Position numbers and translations under genes: made by a program. From Octopus sinensis (taxonomy: Eukaryota), in assembly GCF_006345805.1 (NCBI RefSeq), contig NC_043013.1:44950001-45014000 (forward strand): a stretch of DNA of 64,000 nt, read 5' to 3'. The notes beneath the pieces were generated by a model. It ran no database searches and had not been told where the DNA came from. It saw only the letters and a program-made list of their open reading frames with translations. Below, piece after piece: positions 13,848 to 26,989 of the stretch (position 1 is the first letter of the stretch; each line of letters opens with the position of its first letter).

Positions 13848-14095
13848 GGGATAAATAAGTCAACTGTTAACGTAGTCCTGGGCTATTAGCCAGCAAAAAG
13901 TGAAGGAAAGTTTTTTTTTCTTCTTAGGAACAGAATTCCTCCATATGAATTCGTGTAAATACGACACAAATAAATTGTCCGACGTTCCAAATTGACGCCG
14001 AACTTTTTCTTTTCATCCGCATCCAGCATATTCTCCACATTTTGCGTGTGGAGGTCCTCATTTGTGGGATCCACAAAGACTTCGTTTAGGTTTCA
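13848..14095 (-). mobile_element. Merlin (IS1595/ISXO2-like) transposase C-terminal relic with a probable terminus
   Basis: With two +1 frameshifts it reads FVDPTNEDLHTQNVENM/WMRMKRK/VRRQFGTSDNLFVSYLHEFIWRN. The element ends ...TTATTTATCCC. Confidence 0.8.
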
Positions 14096-14865
14096 TTTTT
14101 ATCTACTTTTTTAAACACCCTAAACTGAAAGATTACCTATATATATATATATATGTGTGTGTAATATATATAGATTCATATATACTTCATAGCAATGGGG
14201 TTGATCGATAAAATCGAAACTAGTAATTAATTAATTGGTACTTTATTTTATCGACCATGAAGTAGATAAACGCTAAGTCAGCATCGGCTACAAGTGAACG
14301 TGAGACCTTAGAGAGCCGTGACTAAAATACCACAAAGCACTTCATTTTGTCCAATGCCCAAACGATTTTGTCGATCCAAATAAAAGGGAGGACGAATGGT
14401 GATGATTGCATAAGTGTATGAAGATAAAATCTTTCAAGATACGCATCTGTGTATTTATGGATCTGAATATATATAAATTGATATATATATTATATATATA
14501 TATATTATATATACATACACATACACATATATATACACATATATATATATGCATACATATACACACAAACGTGCGGGTGGCACGTAAAAAGCACCCACTA
14601 CACTCACGGAGTGGTTGGCGTTAGGAAGGGCATCCAGCCGTAGAAACATTGCCAGATCAGACTGGAGTCTGGTGCAGCCTTCTGGCTTCACAGACCCCAG
14701 ATGAACCGTCCAACCCATGCTAGCATGGAAAGCGGACGCTAAATGATGATGATGATGATATATCTATTGGTTGTGTGGTAAGTAGCTGGTTTCCTCCCAC
14801 TACTATAGTTTCGGGGCCGACCAAAGCCTTGTGAGTAGATCTGGTGGACGGAAACTGAAAGAAGC

Positions 14866-14939
<74 letters not shown>

Positions 14940-15159
14940 ATATATGTGTGTTATTTGTGTCTGTGCCTGTCCCTCCACCATCAGTTGACAACCGATGTTG
15001 GTGTGTTTACGTCCCCGTCTCTTAGCAATTCGGAAAAAGACGACGATAGAATAAGTACTAGGCTTACAAAGAATAAGTCCAGGGGTCGAATTCTCGACTA
15101 AAGGTGGTACTCCAGTATGGCCGCAGTCAAATGACTGAAACAAATAAAAGAATAAAAGC

Positions 15160-15599
15160 ATACTATATATACATACATACATACTCTATATATACATATG
15201 TATACACATATATACATAAATACTATATATACATATACATCCTGTATATATACATACTATATATATACATCCTATATATATATATATAATATATATATAT
15301 ATACATCTATATAATAATATACATACTATATAATATACATCCTATATATACATATATATACATACTATATATATTACATCCATATAACATATATATACAT
15401 ATATATATATATATAGATATATATATATAATCCTATATATACATACTATATATATACATACATATATTTATATATATCTACATATATAAATATATATATA
15501 TACATCTATATATATATATTATCTATATATACGTACTATATAGGAAAACATACTATATATATATACAGTATATACATATACATATATAGTATATATACA

Positions 15600-15642
<43 letters not shown>

Positions 15643-15900
15643 CTCTATATATATATGTATATATACGTATGTATATATACATACATGTATACTACTATAT
15701 ATACATATATATATGTATATATACATACTATATATGTATGTATATACACATACATACTATATAAATACACACTATATACATACATATATATATACACATA
15801 CATATGCATATATATATAATACATATACATATGTACATATATACATATGCATATATATATATATAAATACATATACACATACATATATGTACATATATAC
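15160..15900 (+). repeat. Degenerate TA/CA-rich microsatellite block
   Basis: Read directly; another block of (TACA)n/(TA)n lies at about 16390-16745. Confidence 0.95.
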
Positions 15901-16004
15901 ATACTGTACATAGTACCTGCTTCCTCGTATAAGAGCAAAGCATATGTATGTATATACATACAACCCATGCCAACATGGAAAACGGATGTTAATGGATGAT
16001 GATT

Positions 16005-16042
<38 letters not shown>

Positions 16043-16385
16043 CATATGGCTAATAATCATGTCTGTATAAGACATTTGCTTTCCAACCACGTGGTTCGGG
16101 GTTCAGAGCCACAGTGTGACATCTCAGTCAAGTATCTTCCTATTATACAACCCCGGGCCGACGAAAGACTTGTGAGTGGATTTGATAGCCGAAAACTGAA
16201 AGAAGCTTATCCTGCGTATGTGTATGGGTCTGTGAATATACGTGTGTACCTTTTACCTCATCACCGTGGGATAACCGGTGCTGGTTTGTTTACCCAGCGG
16301 TTCGGCAAAAGATTTTTAGTAAAATAAGTAAGAGATTTATTTCGACTAAATCCTTCAAAGGCCCCACAGTATGACTGCAATCCAA

Positions 16386-16420
<35 letters not shown>

Positions 16421-16710
16421 CATACATGTATGTGTGTATATATATATATATACATACATACATGTATGTATATATATATATATATATATATATACATACA
16501 TGCATATATATATATACATACATGCATATATATATATATATATACATACATGCATATATATATACATACATACATACATATATATATACATACATACATA
16601 CATATATATATACATACATACATACATGCATATATATATACATACATACATGCATATATATATACATACATACATGCATATATACATGCATACATACATG
16701 CATATATACA

Positions 16711-16744
<34 letters not shown>

Positions 16745-17308
16745 CACACACAAATATGGAGCAAAACAATTTGATTCAAATTCTGTGCTACTTAAAGCTT
16801 CAAAACCCCTAACTTATCTTCGGACCACTGGAAATTCGAATCTCCACTGACCCGGAGAGGGTTTGAAACTTCAAGTAGCACGGAATTTGAAACAAATTGT
16901 TCTGATCCACACATGTAACTTCCAATAAATGTGTTGAGTGTCCTTTCGTTAGTCCAATCACTCGTGCATATGTGTGTGTGTGTGTGTGTGTGAATAAATA
17001 AAACCATCGAACGTTTTCTTAAAAAATTCTCTACAGCTGCAGGAAATGACATTTTGGATAATTTTGTCGGAGGGCTCGTTGAAACTTTAAAATATATAGG
17101 AGTCTGTCTTGGGTTCTGGTGACATTCTGGTCAACAAATGTATATTATAAAGAAGATTGTTTACAACAATCACATAACGTCAAGACAAGGTTACACACAA
17201 ACACACATAACGATGGGTGGACAGACAGACAGATAGCGGTGTGTGATAAGACAAACATGGTTCCGGGTTCACCCCCTACTGCATGCTAACTTGGCGTTGT
17301 GAGAGGAC

Positions 17309-17573
17309 GATACTACTAGCGAACAGTGGTCCCGGTGCGCGCACTCGCGCTAGCTAGTCGTAAATAGTCGATCCTACAACTTTTTAACCCTAACCTTAGT
17401 TTGTTTATAAAAATAATTTATTTACTTAGTTTAAAAAATTATTTACTTTGCGTTTTATTTACTTTGTTCGAAAAATATTTAATCCGTTGATCCTACAAGT
17501 CGTTGTAGGATCGACTACTTACGACTAGCTAGCGCGGATGCGCGCACCGGGACCACTGTTCGCTAGTAGTACC
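17309..17573. mobile_element. MITE family GGTAC, copy 2
   Basis: TIRs of about 70 bp; perfect 9-bp TSD tgagaggac at 17300-17308 and 17574-17582. Confidence 0.9.
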
Positions 17574-17785
17574 TGAGAGGACTTGGTAAATGGAAACTGA
17601 AAGAAGTCCATCGTATGTATGAGCGCGCGCGTGTAATCATCCGTTTGACAACCGATGTCGGTGCATTAGCACCGGTGTATTTATGTCCCCATAACTAAGC
17701 AGTCGACAAAAGATACCGATAGAACAAGTGCCAGACTAAAAAATTATGCACTAAAGTCGATTCCTTCGACTAAGATTCAATATAG

Positions 17786-18186
17786 GGATCTTTTCGGTTT
17801 GAACAGCAGTTTTTTCTAGCGGTGTCATATGAAATTGTCACCCATAATTATGACCCTAGAATCGATCTATTAGGGTTATGGTTAGAGGTGGGGGGAAGGG
17901 TATCATTTTTCCTTCACAAATGTAAATAAACCCAATCTGTTTCTTAAACGAGGGACATATTCATACAGCACAGAAAGTTTTCACCTCAATAGACGTCATT
18001 GATTGGTTGAAATTGTAGAAATTGAAGAAAAAAAAATAACAAATATCTTACAAACGCTAGAATTTTCTCAATAAAGCCAAGAGAGAAAGATGTTTTATAA
18101 ACACATTCTACCAGTATACGAAGTTTAAAAGTGTTTAGTTACGTGGAAATTATTTTAAAAAACTGCCGTTCAAACCGAAAAGATCC
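17786..18186. mobile_element. MITE family GGATC, copy 3
   Basis: Same TIRs; flanks tcaatatag / ccagtatag (7/9 match). Confidence 0.9.
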
Positions 18187-18683
18187 CCAGTATAGGCGCA
18201 AACAATAGATAATATATATAAAAGAGATAAGATTGATACAATCCATATATAAATAGCCTATCTATATAGATATAATCCGTGTATGTGTGTATACATATTT
18301 ACACGCCTGTGTAACATATAGGATACATAAACGCATGAATATGCTCCATATATGTACAAACACACATTTTTCGGAATTAAATTGCCGTTTTACTCTTCCA
18401 TGTTCCTGTTTTTTGTCGGATTCATTATTTTTTTTTTACCTCGTATATTTTTGCTTTTTAAATTAGTGCTTGGTTGCTTCTAGTGTGGCTAACTTAAAAT
18501 AATTTTTTAAAACAAAGAAATTAGACGTCCAAAAAGTTCGATAAAATATTTCCAATTAACATATATGATACAGTTTTACCAAGTATAAAAAAGATTTCTT
18601 TAAAAAAAAGTTGTAAATTCTTTATAAGAACGTCTCTAACCTTTTTGGAGTAAGTTTTTTTGTACTGTGTGTGAGCGCTTTCG

Positions 18684-18725
<42 letters not shown>

Positions 18726-18758
18726 CCTTCATATATATATATATATATGATCCTTCAT

Positions 18759-18792
<34 letters not shown>

Positions 18793-20100
18793 GATCCTTC
18801 ATATATATACATATACACACAAAATTCTCCAGTTATGCCTATATCCTTATATCTATACATTTTTTTATATATTCTTACCAATACACGAAACTTTCGGTCC
18901 TTCGGTCCTACTGAAAAACGTATTTGTACCTATTTTTTTTTAGTCCTGTTTACATCACCAAACCTACACAGACATACACACACAAATATTCCAAAGGTGA
19001 CAAATTCAAAAACAAGCTATGTTGGGCCACTTAGATAGAATAAAGTACTCGAAAATAAGTCTGAGAGGGAATAAGCTATTTGATGCCATAAACGAAACTT
19101 TCGGTCTCCGAGTCACTTCGTAACATCTGCCGATTAAAACTAATAATAATAATAATATATATATATATATATATACACACTCATGCATTACGTTCTGTTC
19201 ATACTGTTTGTTCTACCAGTATATTTGTTTGTAAATATATACACAAGCGATTATGGATTAAATATTTCATTCAAGATTTATATCTCTGAGTAATTTGCTT
19301 TAAGTGGCCGGACATAGCTTCTTTTGAACTTGTCACCCCTGGAATATTTATGCTTGAGTGCGTGTATATGTGTATATATATATATATATAAAGAGATAGA
19401 TAGATAGATAGATATAGATAGGTATAGGTAGATAGATAGATAGATAGAGATAGATACACACACACGCATTTATGTGTATGTATATGTGTGTGTATTCCTG
19501 CTAGTGTATTTACAGGAACGGCCAAACTTTCTTTAGCAATTATTTTCTCAAGTCAGCCATACCACAGACAAACGATAATTTATAAAGCACGAAAATATAT
19601 ATAACGAGAAGAGAAAAATTGAAAGAAACATCACAATACGAATACGGCGGAATAAATAAGACACAAACAACAAAAAAATTTAATCCCAAACACACATGAC
19701 AAAAAAAATCGAAGAAAATTTACACAAGTGTGTGGTGTATACATACATACATACATTCATATATATAATATATATATATATATATATACATACACTAATT
19801 GATACCTTCAAAGTAGCTGACAAGTTTCTATGTTAATTATAGTAAGAGCTATTCTAAAACATATCTGCATATATATATATATATAATATATATATATAAT
19901 CAATAATAACGAAGGGTAAAATTAATTAATTAATTAATTAATTAACTAGTAATCAATAATATTTCACCAAGTAGAATTCGGCATGAAAAAGGACCATTTC
20001 ACGGTAAACTTAAGTAGTACTTTATAATTAGGGTTCAGCAAAGATTTGCTTTACCACATACCGAAGTTTAGAAATAGCAGCCAAAGAACCTTAGCTATTT

Positions 20101-20165
<65 letters not shown>

Positions 20166-20595
20166 ACACAGAGATGTAGACACAGGCATATATACATAGA
20201 TGAACAGATATCAGACACATCGTAGATATAATATCGTATAAATATACATGTTTTGTTATACATAAACAGAAAAACATGAAAACTATGTCAGTGTGCATAT
20301 ATATATATAAACGTGTATGAGTAAATAAATGATGTATATTTTAATATAAGTTGAAAGCTGTATGTATATATGGATGTGTGTATATGTATATATGTATGTA
20401 TACATATGTATCTGAATATATATTCATGTATGAAAATATACTTGAAGCAATTATACGTTTTATGTATATATATATATATATATAAAGTTGAAAGCTGTAT
20501 GTATATATGGATGTGTGTATATGTTTATATGTATGTATACATATCTGAATATATATTCATATCTATGAAAATATACTTGAAGCAATTATACGTTT

Positions 20596-20641
<46 letters not shown>

Positions 20642-21694
20642 GTGTGTATGTGCGCGCGTGTATATATGTACATGTAAATGTGTATATACAATGTTGTAAA
20701 GTATTATTGGAACACACTTTATATAGTATCTGATGTAGAACCCAATACGTTATGTTTATTATATCCAAAGTTGACAGTCTATTCCGAGTTTCGCCCCAAA
20801 TGAAATTGTATATATTTGTTTGTGTGTGTGTTTGCATTTCCATATATATTCTTTAATAATTAGATTTGTCTGAAAGGACTGAGCCAATATCCTTCTTAAG
20901 TTCTCCGGGACTGCTGAGATCCACAGAAAAAATATATATATAAATGAAATACCATTTATATTTCTAGTTAATCTGAAACAATAAACTCAATCACAATTAA
21001 TTAAGAGCTAAAAAATATTTTGTCGAGGATATAAGGGACACGGTTCCAATATCTGTCTCATTTTTTTTCCCCCAATTAATTACCAAAGTTGGACACAAGG
21101 AAAGAGAAATATAGTCGAAAAAAAAAGAGCAAAAAATTCTATAACAATGCTAATTACTTCCTAAGGCAAGCACTATACCAATTTTTATGGCAACTAGGGT
21201 GTATATTATACTCAGATTCAATCAATAGGTAATAACTAGTACTTGATTTGATCAATCTTGGAAGGGAAATGAATGTAGATAGATGTGGTTTTAAATGACA
21301 GAAAGAAATTAAATATTTAAGTTCGCCGCTCTAATCACGCACTTGAACACCAAGGCCCACACATTTGAAAGGAAGGGGAACAATCGACCCAGTGCTTGAC
21401 AGTTATATTATAAGCTGTGGCGGGATTTGAACTCAGAAAATATCCAAATAAGAAACAATAATAATAATAATTATTATTATTATTATTATTATTACAACGA
21501 CAAAAATAATTCGCTTTTTTTTTTTGTTTTTTTTTTTTGAATACATGAAAACAAAAGAAAAAAATTATTAAAATAATTTTTTTTAAATAATTTTTCTTGT
21601 TAATTAGCGAAAATTAAAAGCCAAACCTTGTCCTCTCTTCCCTCCCACGAGAAAAAAAAAGTTATTAGGATTTAAAGATGTCAAATCGACTTAC

Positions 21695-21800
21695 CGACTG
21701 CTGTTGTTGTTGGTGATGATGATGGAGATGAGGGTGATGATGATGGAGGTGATGAGGAAGAGAATGTTTTGTAGGGATAATAAGGATAACAAGCTTCCAT
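21695..21800 (-). CDS. Candidate first coding exon of an unidentified - strand gene, Ser/Pro-rich (MEACYPYYPYKTFSSSSPPSSSPSSPSSSPTTTAV)
   Basis: Strong donor G|gtaagt at 21694. The frame is stop-free from 22034 to 21695, with TCCATGG at 21800. Low complexity; no downstream exon identified. Confidence 0.3.
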
Positions 21801-22688
21801 GGACAAAGTTTGGTATGATGGTGAAGTGTTTAAGGGTTCTGGTGGAGGCAGCGGTGGATGGACGTTAGTGAGGGCCGATCTTAATGATGTTGCTAATGAT
21901 AATGATGATGACGATGATGACGATGATGATGGTGATGATGATGATGATGATGATGATACCCTCAACGTTACTACTACTACTACTACTACTGCTACCACCA
22001 CGACAACTACTATTACTACTTTTGTGATTATCGTTCAGTGTTTTTACCACGGCAGTTGTTCGTCTTCGCTCTTCGCGTTATCCTCTTCCTTGTTGTTGTT
22101 GATGTTTTTTGGAAGGCATCGAAGTGTGGAGTACGTAGAAGAAGAAGAAAAAAAAATTAAATAAAAAAAAGCCCGTTTGTTGTTGTTGTTCTTGTTCTTG
22201 CTCTTGTTGCAAAGGAGCGTCGAACAACAAACAACAAACACATTGGCATCAACAACAGAACATGGAGGTCGTCGGTCGTCTTCGTTTCTCTCCGCTGCCT
22301 TTCGTTACTTTCCGTTCCTTTCCGATTACTTCCTCGCCGTCTCGTTTCATTTTTTAATTTTTTTATCCCTTTGTGTGTGTGTATCTATCTTTCTTTCTAT
22401 CTTATCTAAGTGTCTTTCATCGTCGCTTTCCCCGCCTTCATATCAATAACTATGTATACATATATATGGTGTGTGTATGTATAATATATATATATATATA
22501 TATGTTTGTTGCGTGTGTAATATATATATATATGTTTGTGTGTGTGTGTATAGATATATATATGTTATATATGTATGTGTGTGTGTATATGTATATTTAT
22601 ATAGGTGTGTGTATATATAGATATATTATATGTATATATATATATATATATGTGTGTATGTATATATATATCTGTGGGTGGTATATAT

Positions 22689-22726
<38 letters not shown>

Positions 22727-23229
22727 TATATATATGTATACATGCGGAGCTGTGAATACAACATGTATTTGTATGTCTCAGTAACAACAATAAAACAACT
22801 TTCTATTGGAAACAAATAAAGAACACAACAGACTACGTTGTTTTCTCTGTATCTAAATTAACTATATCACAGGATATATCTACCACTAGTCTGACATTTA
22901 AAATCCATTACGTTTATTTCATGATTTTACACACACACACACTATAAGTATAGATGTATGTATGCAAATATATATATATATGTGTGTGTATATATATATA
23001 TATGCACACGCGTTTATACTGTTTTTGTATATACTTATCTATAAAAACAATCAAATATAACTTGAAATATCACTTTAATACATTTAAGTAAAGGTATACA
23101 TTTTTGCAAAGAAAAGGCTAACTGGGACTTCGAAGTTTTGCTGATTGTAACTCTGCCTGACGATATATATCATCATAATAATAATCCTTTCTTTAATTAG
23201 CCACATAATAACAATAATAATCCTTTCTA

Positions 23230-23600
23230 CTTTAGGCACAAGGTCTGAAACTTTGCGGGAAGAGGACAGTTGATTACACCGATCCCAGTGTTTCACTGGT
23301 GCTTAATTTATCGACCCCGAAAGGATGAAAGGCAAAGTCGACCTCGGAGGAATTTGAACTCAGAACATAGCGGCAGACGAAATACCTATTTCTTTACTAC
23401 CCACAAGGGGCTAAATAGAGAGGGGACAAACAAGGACAGACAAACGGATCAAGTCGATTATATCATCCCCAGTGTGTAACTGGTACTTATTTAATCGACC
23501 CCGAAAGAATGAAAGGCAAAATCGACCTCGGCGGAATTTGAACTCAGAACGTAACGGCAGGCGAAATACCGTTAAGCATGCCAACGATTCTGTCAGCTCA
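23230..23600 (-). mobile_element. SINE family A composite (two body segments, one head)
   Basis: Two consecutive gtcgacctcgg..aatttgaactcagaac bodies. Confidence 0.75.
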
Positions 23601-24175
23601 ATAATAATAATAATAAATGCCCTGATGCAGTACCAGGAGTGGCTCTCGTGGCTTCTGATCTTAACTGATTGGAAGTGTTATCATATACATTGTTTTGTCT
23701 TGGTATAAAAGATGGGCTACAGCAAATATCCTGCTCAATACCACAGATTTGCTTGTCAGTTGTTTGACCTTAACCAGTTGAGCATGTCCCTTAGTGGCTG
23801 ACGATATGTGCATCTCTGATCACGAGCAAAAGTAGTGGGGGAGCATCATAGCCATGTGTTGAAAGGGATTCTTTGAGGTTTGAATAATTCACCTCTGGAA
23901 ACATGGGGGTTTCATTCAAAATCCTTAAACAATCCTTATTCAAGGACCTTTTGAGCGGGATGGGCTACTCGACCTGAAGAAAATTCTAACTGGGCCCCAC
24001 CTGCAAGGTCATGTGCTGTTTATCTTGATATAAGATCTCCAGGTCATGCACATATGGTAGTGATGCATGTGCCTAGTGTACCCTTATCAGACGGGTAGTC
24101 ATGATGGGTATACTGGGCTTCAGATATTTTACCCCAGTGTCACTTTGATGGCATGCACTGCTCTCTCACTCAATA
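23600..24175. repeat. Interspersed repeat of about 570 bp flanked by (AAT)n
   Basis: Inverted copies at about 46808-47340 and 27620-27910 (partial). Class not determined. Confidence 0.75.
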
Positions 24176-24429
24176 ATAATAATTTAATGTACGTTTTCCA
24201 TGCTTCTATAGGTAGCATCTGGCAAGTTGCAGGGCAGTGACACCAAGCTCCATTGTCAACTTTGGCCGGGTTCCTACAGCTTCATGCCCTTCCTAACACC
24301 AACCACTTTGTAGTATGTACTTGCTGCTTCTTTCATGCCACCAGCAATAGTGGTGTAACCAAAGTAACTTGCAAGACTGGGAAAGAACAAAAAAGGCCCC
24401 TTTGACAAAAAATGGTGCAAAGGCAGAGA

Positions 24430-25500
24430 ATGCAGATGACCTTGTTCTTATATCTTAAATTCCAGGTGTGGAAACAAAAAAAAAACAGGAATCAATGGAC
24501 CTTAAAGTTAATTTAGAAAATACTAAAGTCCTAGTAAACAAGAAAACAGACAGTAGACAAATCCCTTACCGGCTGAAACCAGCTCTGGCTCTGTAGTACA
24601 AATATCTTGTTTTCAGAAGTTTTGAACTGAAATCTTCCACCAAACCTTAGTTACAATTTATGTTCCTTAACACTAGCTGAATGATAGCTAAGTTATTTTA
24701 CTAAATTCTTTGTTATATTTAAAATAATTGAAAGAAACACAGAGCATCTCAAAATAAATACAGTAACGAAAGGGTTAAGAAAATGGCCCTGTTGATATGT
24801 CAAAAAGGTGTAAGCAATAATTCCAAACAGCGTATCCAGTGCAAACTATGAACCCACAAATGGTGCAGAAGAATTACTGGAAAAAGTAACAGAGAAAGTA
24901 GCCTTTGTTTGTGCAGATGTGCAGTAACAACAAGCACTAAGAATGCATGGGGAATAGGTTTTCTAGAATACCCTGGAAAATCCTTACAGGTTGTAGACCG
25001 TTTTTGTTACCTAGGTGTTCTAATAAGCAGGATGTTCTGAAAGAATTGTTGCTGGAGAAAGTTCAGGTACCTATTAACTCTTTTGTTAACAAAAGGCTTA
25101 TCTCTGAGAGTGAAAGGCAGACTGCATGATACCTGTGTAGTGTTACTACATAATAGTGAAATATGGGCCATGAATGCTGAGGACATGCAAAGATTAGAAA
25201 GATATGAAGCTAACATGCTCCACTAGATGTGCAATGTCAGCATGCATGCATGACAAATTGGAAATGTGTTCAAAGAAAAAAATTGGGCCTAAGAGGTATC
25301 ACATGAATTGTATAAGTGAGAAGGCTGAGCTTGTATGGTCATACAGCACATATAGATGAGAACAGCTGTATAAATGTACTGCTTGTTTAATTTGGATGAA
25401 ATGCATGGACGAATGAAACCCCAGAAGATGTTGGATGAAGTTCTGATGACTCATTCAGCCTCATGGAGGATATGGCATTGAAAAGACCCATCCATCTCAG
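24430..25500 (+). mobile_element. Decayed RTE LINE (ADDLV..., KWPC..C.KGV, HNSEIWAMNAEDMQRLER)
   Basis: RTE RT and C-terminal motifs with stops and frameshifts; interrupted by a MITE at 24563-24778. Confidence 0.75.
24563..24778. mobile_element. piggyBac-like MITE ending AAAGGGTTAA
   Basis: CCC...GGG-TTAA type end. An inverted partial copy lies at about 53545-53660. Confidence 0.6.
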
Positions 25501-26514
25501 CCAAAATGCAGTTCTAAAGCATATGATTAACCCTAACCCTACCTAATTTGTACTTATCAAAACTTTCCAACAACTCATCTTCTTAACACCAATCTCTCCT
25601 TCACTCCATTCACTACAGCACTATTTCCGCCATCCGAGAATTTGGACCTGGAGATCTCCATTTCCAGTGACTTCGAGGGCCACATCCCAGTGGTGTCAGA
25701 TGTCAACAAAGAGCTCTCAACTACAAGACGACCAAAGTTTTTTTTTTCCAAGGTCTGGGGTCTCCTGCCCCTAAGCCCTAGACCATCGCCTAATCACCCT
25801 TACCCGGCTTGTTGCTTAACAACAACAACAACATCAAGCACTATTTCCTCAGCTGTAGCAGTATGAGAGCAGAGCTTTACCCATTCCACACAGACCTACA
25901 CCTGTACTACCAGTAATCCCTCTAAGAAACCACCTACTTTGCCATGCATCTTACACTCCCAACTACCATCCCTTGCCACTAAATGTACACTGAATGCCCC
26001 ATTTCCCCTGAATACCCTCTCATGTTTGTCATCAACACCCTCCTCTCTTTATTATAACCCACCACATCCACAACCTGTTCCATATCTGTAAACTGTGCAC
26101 ATCACTTTCTTTCTCTCTCTCTCTCACTGCCTTCACACTTCGCTTCATCTCTTTCTCATCTATCTACCATTTTATTATACTGTTATTTTCCAGTCTACCT
26201 TTATGTTTTACCTCCTCCTCCTCCTCCTCAACCCACTCCCATTTTCCTTACATTTCTTCAAACTGAGATTCACCATTAACCATGCTTCTGTCATTGTTCA
26301 TTATTCATTCTCATCTCTACTGTTTGTCACTCTCCTTACACATTCTCATGAACCTCTACTCTCTCCCTTCATCCACCTTCTTGTACCTTGAGGATATGCC
26401 CTCACACTTCATTTCCACCACCCTTTCTTTCTTCCTTATTGATGTAGCCATGTATCTCTTTTCCAGCAAGATATCACTTGCCTTGAATCCTACATAATCA
26501 TATTCTACCTCTAC

Positions 26515-26905
26515 AATACTCTCTTTTACTTGTTTCAGTCATTTGACTGCAGCCATGCTGGAGCACCGCCTTTAATCGAGCAACTCGACCCCGGGACTTA
26601 TTCATTGTAAGCCCAGTACTTATTCTATCGGTCTCTTTTGCCGAACCGCTAAGTGACGGGGACATAAACACACCAGCATTGGTTGTCAAGCAAAGGGGAC
26701 AAACACCGACACACACGCACATACATATATATATACATATATACGATGGGCTTCTTTCAGTTTCCATCTACCAAATCCACTCACAAGGCTTTGGTCGGCC
26801 CGAGACTATAGTAGAAGACACTTGCCCAAGGTGCCACGCAGTGGGACTGAACCCAGAACCATGTGGTTGGTAAGCAAGCTACTTACCACACAACCACTCC
26901 TGTGA
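26515..26905 (-). mobile_element. SINE family B (about 400 bp, internal TA/TG microsatellite)
   Basis: tRNA-like head gtggtaagtagcttgcttacc. Other copies at about 44745-45117 (-), 38748-39172 (+), 14765-15160 (+), 45310-45705 (-), 41862-42160 (+) and 33975-34290 (-). Confidence 0.85.
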
Positions 26906-26989
26906 CTATATATGAAGGAATGTTTTTATTTTGTTTTTTTGTTTTTCTAATTATTAGTGAGATTAGAAGATTTTGTTGCTTTTCATGAA

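Noticed and set aside
19271-19345. Apparent minus-strand terminal exon GVTSSKEAMSGHLKQITQRYKS*
   Set aside because: The sequence is the right arm of the inverted repeat paired with 18984-19033.
21799-22164. + strand 121-aa ORF with poly-Asp and poly-Thr
   Set aside because: Trinucleotide-repeat translation without splice support; the minus strand has the consensus donor.
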